Assembly: GCA_963762115.1 (NCBI GenBank)
Contig: CAVXJH010000006.1
Span: 448,001 to 512,000 of the forward strand
Length of the DNA: 64,000 bases
Direction: 5' to 3'
Source: Candidatus Babeliales bacterium
GTDB taxonomy: Bacteria; Babelota; Babeliae; Babelales; JANWKD01
Below are positions 59,407 to 64,000 of this stretch, piece after piece (the first letter of the stretch is position 1; each line of letters starts with the position of its first letter). Made by a program: the position numbers and the translations under genes. Under the pieces are notes generated by a model, which saw only the letters and a program-made list of their open reading frames with translations, had not been told where the DNA came from and ran no database searches.

Positions 59407-60393
59407 ATGGTTTTAGAACTAAGTATGGCGTTGGTTTTCGCGCTTATTTTTTTAGTTGTTGTATTGTTAAAATCGGTTTATTTAGTTAAACAAGCAGAAA
59501 CAGTCATTATTGAACGTTTTGGCCGGTATGATCGAACATTAACGGCGGGTATTCATTTGGTTATTCCTTTTATGGAAGCCCCTCGTATGGTGCATTGGAC
59601 CTATGTGAGTTCAGAAGGTGATGGAAAACGTTATTATCGTTTTACTAAATCAACCAATCGTATTGATTTGCGTGAAGCTGTTTATGATTTTCCCAAGCAA
59701 AATGTTATCACCAAGGATAATGTGACTATGGAAATTAATGCTTTGCTGTATTATCAAATTACTGATCCTAAAGCAGCAGTCTATGAAGTGGCAAATCTTT
59801 CTGAAGCAATAGAAAAGTTAACACAAACGACTTTGCGCAATGTTATTGGTGCAATGGATCTGGATGCGTCGTTGGTTTCTCGTGATTTAATTAATGAAAA
59901 ATTACGGCTTATTTTAGATGAAGCAACTGATAAATGGGGCGTAAAAATAAACAGAGTTGAATTGCAAGAAGTTAATCCGCCGCATGATATTCGTATTGCA
60001 ATGGAAAAACAAATGCGTGCTGAGCGTGATCGAAGAGCAATTATTTTAGAATTTGAAGGTAAAAAACGGGCTGCTATTTTGGATGCAGAAGGCGAGCGTG
60101 AAGCAGATATTTTACGAGCTGAAGGACAATCGCAATCAAACATCATAACAGCTCAAGGTGAAGCCGAAGCTCGTTTGAAAATTGCACAGTCTGAAGCAAC
60201 AGCGATTGCTATGATTCAAGCATCAGTGCCAAATGGTGATCCATTACCTTATATGGTTGCAATGCATTATATTAAAGCGTTGCCTGAAATGACCAAAGGT
60301 AAAGATAACAAAATGATCGTTGTTCCTTATGAAGCAACATCATTGGTTGGTAGTCTTGCGACGGTAAAAAAGATTTTTGAGTCAGCGCAATAA
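59407..60393 (+). CDS. SPFH/stomatin (QmcA-like) protein
   Basis: IERFGRY, QNVITKDNV, TTLRNVIG, WGVKINRVEL, MEKQMRAERDRRA. Confidence 0.95.
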   Translation: MVLELSMALVFALIFLVVVLLKSVYLVKQAETVIIERFGRYDRTLTAGIHLVIPFMEAPRMVHWTYVSSEGDGKRYYRFTKSTNRIDLREAVYDFPKQNVITKDNVTMEINALLYYQITDPKAAVYEVANLSEAIEKLTQTTLRNVIGAMDLDASLVSRDLINEKLRLILDEATDKWGVKINRVELQEVNPPHDIRIAMEKQMRAERDRRAIILEFEGKKRAAILDAEGEREADILRAEGQSQSNIITAQGEAEARLKIAQSEATAIAMIQASVPNGDPLPYMVAMHYIKALPEMTKGKDNKMIVVPYEATSLVGSLATVKKIFESAQ

Positions 60394-60524
60394 CTATTTT
60401 TTGGTGCAACAGGGACAACAGCCCTTTGTGCATTTTTCTTTTATAGTTGTTTTACAATTGTTGCAGTTACATGAATGATTTTTTTCTTTATTATTTTTAG
60501 AGAACATAATCTTTTTCCTTAAGT

Positions 60525-60566
60525 AAAAAACTAGAGAGGATAGAAGTAATTCTATCCTCTCTTTTC
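60525..60566. terminator. probable bidirectional intrinsic terminator
   Basis: 13-bp inverted repeat AGAGAGGATAGAA-GTAA-TTCTATCCTCTCT (60533-60562) between convergent genes, T-tracts on both strands. Confidence 0.75.
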
Positions 60567-60570
60567 TTAT

Positions 60571-60789
60571 TTATTTCTTTTCCCAGGTGTTGCCTTTGCT
60601 CTTCCAGTCACCTTGTTCTTGTTCTTTGTTCAAAGATTCTGGTTTTGCATGTTTGCCAGCTTTACCGTGTTCAACTTTTGAACCATGTTCAGCTTTATTA
60701 TGACCTGTTTGACCGTGTTTTGTATGCTCTGCTTTGCCATGTTTTGCGTGATCAGCTTGTTGGCCTTGTTTTTTGTTTTCTTTTGACAT
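60571..60789 (-). CDS. small His/Lys/Gly-rich hydrophilic repeat protein
   Basis: AAGGAG SD, terminator immediately downstream, KHG/xEH repeats. Confidence 0.75.
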   Translation of the reverse strand: MSKENKKQGQQADHAKHGKAEHTKHGQTGHNKAEHGSKVEHGKAGKHAKPESLNKEQEQGDWKSKGNTWEKK

Positions 60790-61395
60790 GATGAAACTCC
60801 TTTATATGGGTTTTATTTTTAAGCCTGTTCTTTATTGAGAACCTACTTATCCTACACATGTTTCAGGATACAATAATTTCAAATAGAAAATCAATGATTA
60901 ATTTTAACACTCCCTGTTTTCAGCTGTTTTTCGTGTGATTATTACTCATTGTCAATAAGGCTTTGTTTGAATTGTTTTTTGGAGCAAAACTTTGTTCCCA
61001 TAAAGGTTCAATAATGGCCATAAGGCATAAGAGTGTGCTTTTTAAAATCACTTTAAGTATGTTCATATTTTATCTCCCCGATAAAAAAGCTTTTTGTATC
61101 TGGTTTAGGCTCATGAAAAAACTTTTTGATGTGGTCATGATGATGGAAAAATTAAAGAATGATGGCAGCTGTAATAAAGGGAAAGGGGATTCTTAAGTTT
61201 GCAATAAAAAAAGGAGATTTTGTTGTTTGAATCGCTGAAAAAATTGATGAGTTAAAAATAGTGTAAAGACAATGCATGATTATAGGTAATCTGTGCAACC
61301 AGAGATGCATGCGTTTCATAGGGAACTCCTTTAATAAAGATATACTATTCGCTTGATAGTGTAATGACAGGATTACTATGAATGCAAGAATTTGA

Positions 61396-63288
61396 TTATA
61401 TTTTGATAGAAGTATTTGTTTGCAGTGATTCCCATTCTTGCATACATAAAGCAAGTTGTTCTTGGTGTTTTTTTAACGTTTTTTCAGTTTCAATATAGGC
61501 GGGTGTGCCATAGATTAGATGAGTAAAACTTTCTTGCGTTTGGGCAATTTTTTCTTCAGATTGTTCGATTCTGCGCTCTAAAGATCGCATTTTCTTGTTA
61601 CGCTCAAAGCTCTCTTTGGTGACAGGTTCACTGTTAATAAGGGGAGTTTGGGCATCTTTTTTTGCAATTTTTTCTTGTTGTTCTTTTTTAATGAGGTTTT
61701 TATGATACAAATACGTTTCATAATTACCTTCATATTTAAAAGCGCCATGAGGTGTTAATTCAATAATTTGTGTTGCAAGTTGATTAATAAAATCATGATC
61801 ATGAGATACGAAAAAGACGGTTCCTGGATATTCTTTTAACGCTTTTAATAAGACTTCTTTTGAGGGTATATCAAGATGGTTGGTTGGTTCATCAAGGAGT
61901 AAGAAGTTTGCATTTTGTAAAAGAACTTTAATCATACCAACTTTATTTTTTTCTCCGCCACTTAAAACTTTAACTTTTTTATCAACATCATCATTGGAAA
62001 AAAGGAAGGAGCCTAAAAAATTACGGATTATTTGTGTCGAGGCGTTTTGACCAGAAGATTCAATATTTTCAAGAATTGATCGATTTAAATCAAGAGCAGC
62101 TGCTTGTTCTTGCTCAAATATTGCGGTTTTAACTTTGTAGCCAAATGAAATTGAACCTTGTTGTAAGGGATATTTACCCGTTATAAGATTAAATAAGGTG
62201 GTTTTACCAACACCATTTGCTGCGACAAGTGCAACTTTACTGCCACGCTCGATGTGTAAATCGATGTTTTTGAAAATCGATTTTTTATCGAAGGTAAATG
62301 ATAGAGACTTTGCTTCAAGGACAACTGCGCCTGATGGTTGTAAGGGTGGGAATTTAAAATGAATGTTTTTGGGCGAAGGTGGTAAGGTGATACGCTCAAT
62401 TTTATCAAGAGCTTTCATCATACTTTGCGCCATCCGGGCTTTGCTTGCCTTGGCACGAAAACGATCAATTGTTTCTTGTTTTGATTTAATTTCTTTTTGT
62501 TGCTGATTAAATGCTTGCTCTAATACTGCTGCATCACGCTCTTTTTGCTCTTCATAATCTGAATAGTTGCCGGTATACATTTTTGCGTTGCCAAGTTCAA
62601 GTTCAAAAATATTGGTGCAAAGTTGATTCAAAAAATAGCGTTCATGGCAAACAAGGAGAAAGCCAAAAGGTGCTTTTTTGAGAAATTGTAAAAACCAATC
62701 TTTAGCAACAATATCAAGATGGTTTGTTGGTTCATCAAAAAGATAGAAATCTGCTTTTTGTAATAAGAGTTTGGCAAGAACAATACGCATTTTCCATCCA
62801 ACGCTCAAATTGGCAACTGGTTGATCAAATTTTTCTTGGGGGAATCCAAGTCCCATAAGCATTTCTTTTGTTTCTGATAAGGCTTTTGCAGGGTTATAGT
62901 CTGCTAAAATCGTTTGAAGCTCCGCATAGGCCTCAAGATAAAAACTATTATCAGGATTTTCATCCAATTGTTTTTCTATAAGGGCAGTTTTTTCTAGTAA
63001 AGCGTGCAACTCAGTAAAGGCAGTAAAAGTCTCTTCAACAATTGTCTTTTCAGATGCAAGTACAACTTCTTGTGGTAAATAGGCCACTTTTTTGTTTTTT
63101 GCAATAGAAATTGCGGGGCAACTCGCAGGATTAACGATTGCCTGTGCAATAAGAGCGAGCAGGGTTGATTTTCCTGCGCCATTGCGACCAACCAAGCCAA
63201 TACGTTGGTTTTGATTGATTGTACAGGACATGCCGGCATAAAGGCTTCGTGCGCCAAAATTGAGAGAGAGATTGTTAATTGTAATCAT
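61396..63288 (-). CDS. ABC-F family ATPase (EttA/Uup/YbiT-like)
   Basis: Two ABC domains (GRNGAGKST, DEPTNHLD; ANGVGKTT, LSGGEK, DEPTNHLD), no TM, C-terminal coiled coil. Confidence 0.93.
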   Translation of the reverse strand: MITINNLSLNFGARSLYAGMSCTINQNQRIGLVGRNGAGKSTLLALIAQAIVNPASCPAISIAKNKKVAYLPQEVVLASEKTIVEETFTAFTELHALLEKTALIEKQLDENPDNSFYLEAYAELQTILADYNPAKALSETKEMLMGLGFPQEKFDQPVANLSVGWKMRIVLAKLLLQKADFYLFDEPTNHLDIVAKDWFLQFLKKAPFGFLLVCHERYFLNQLCTNIFELELGNAKMYTGNYSDYEEQKERDAAVLEQAFNQQQKEIKSKQETIDRFRAKASKARMAQSMMKALDKIERITLPPSPKNIHFKFPPLQPSGAVVLEAKSLSFTFDKKSIFKNIDLHIERGSKVALVAANGVGKTTLFNLITGKYPLQQGSISFGYKVKTAIFEQEQAAALDLNRSILENIESSGQNASTQIIRNFLGSFLFSNDDVDKKVKVLSGGEKNKVGMIKVLLQNANFLLLDEPTNHLDIPSKEVLLKALKEYPGTVFFVSHDHDFINQLATQIIELTPHGAFKYEGNYETYLYHKNLIKKEQQEKIAKKDAQTPLINSEPVTKESFERNKKMRSLERRIEQSEEKIAQTQESFTHLIYGTPAYIETEKTLKKHQEQLALCMQEWESLQTNTSIKI

Positions 63289-63398
63289 AATACCAATAAG
63301 AGTTGTATTTTTTAATTAAAAAAAAGAAATATTTAATCTGCTGTATAATTATATCATTTTTACGCATTAAGCACATCTTTTTAGATTTTCTGGATGTA

Positions 63399-63746
63399 TT
63401 ATATAATTTCTACTGATTCATCTTTTAAAAAGCGTATTTCTTTTTTGCCTTTTTCTAGATATAAGCATTTTCTTTTCTGATGAGCGATTAGATAGGCAAT
63501 AGCGCTATATTTTTTGTTTGATTTTTTATCCGTTATTTTTAGGGCGGCAATATCAATATTTTTATTGTCTTCAATTATAATTGTTTCCCAGCAAATTTTT
63601 TGAGGGCCGGAAAACCCAGGGTCAGTTCTTTGGTAATAAAGAGTGATGGGTGATCCGCTGTTATTATTGATAACTATTTGTTGATAACGTACACTATACA
63701 GTGATAATGGTAAACAGAGTAGCATGGTAATAATCGGCGTTTTCAT
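63399..63746 (-). CDS. small secreted hypothetical protein
   Basis: AAGGAG SD, signal peptide MKTPIITMLLCLPLSLYS. Confidence 0.6.
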   Translation of the reverse strand: MKTPIITMLLCLPLSLYSVRYQQIVINNNSGSPITLYYQRTDPGFSGPQKICWETIIIEDNKNIDIAALKITDKKSNKKYSAIAYLIAHQKRKCLYLEKGKKEIRFLKDESVEII

Positions 63747-63774
63747 GAGGCTCCTTTTTTTAGGGTTTTTTGAT

Positions 63775-64000
63775 ATGAAGTATACTAAAATTTCATTTTT
63801 GTTGTTTGTTTTTGTGAATGTTTCTCAAGCAATGGATACATCTCCCCTTTGGGAATCAGTGAGGAAAGATGCGCTTTCATGTGCACAAAATGCCTATAAT
63901 GACTTACAAAGTAACTATAGAAAAGATCGCACTTTAGCGGCTAATCAGCTTTTATTACAAATATGTAGTGCAAACTATATAGATGGGATTTCTCCCTTGA
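63775..64000 (+). CDS. secreted hypothetical protein (5' part, runs off window)
   Basis: ATG 63775 open to the window end: MKYTKISFLLFVFVNVSQA|MDTSPLWE... Confidence 0.6.
   Translation, partial: MKYTKISFLLFVFVNVSQAMDTSPLWESVRKDALSCAQNAYNDLQSNYRKDRTLAANQLLLQICSANYIDGISPL

Noticed and set aside
59781..60146. 121-aa antisense ORF and similar 60-110 aa ORFs nested in rpsA, tkt, asnB and GT4
   Set aside because: Antisense or alternate-frame shadows of well-supported genes with no motifs or SDs

Overview
AT-rich bacterial chromosomal window. The gene content (tandem signal-peptide WD40 proteins, a RING protein, many 'signal peptide + Met' orphans, human-type transketolase) suggests an intracellular protist-associated lineage such as Babelota (TM6/Dependentiae); this assignment is inference only. 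Layout: acpS, initiator tRNA-Met and pgeF (1-2420), then a ~26 kb surface-glycan modification locus (2413-28763). That locus holds 3 GtrB/DPM-like GT2s (one frameshifted in an A9 tract), 6 GT-C-like polytopic membrane proteins, several SAM methyltransferases, GT32, a GT47-like enzyme, a Wzx-GT4 fusion, GT4, an AsnB amidotransferase and a sulfotransferase. Housekeeping genes follow (M16 peptidase, efp, nusB, murI-like, rpsA-ndk, ATM1-type ABC transporter, tkt, NfeD/SPFH, ABC-F), interleaved with candidate secreted effectors. Top observations: (1) an unannotated Thr-rich 46-aa leader ORF with its own promoter, SD and three hairpins upstream of a DAACS amino-acid symporter, a candidate attenuator; (2) a candidate ubiquitin-manipulation toolkit (RING-D protein, 4 Skp1/BTB-like+WD40 proteins, a 1272-aa protein with a Josephin-like Cys-His-Asn motif set); (3) a shared Met at +1 after predicted signal peptides; (4) signal-peptide-bearing glycan-tailoring enzymes; (5) a homopolymer frameshift in a GT2; (6) a glutamate racemase homolog with Ser replacing the second catalytic Cys.
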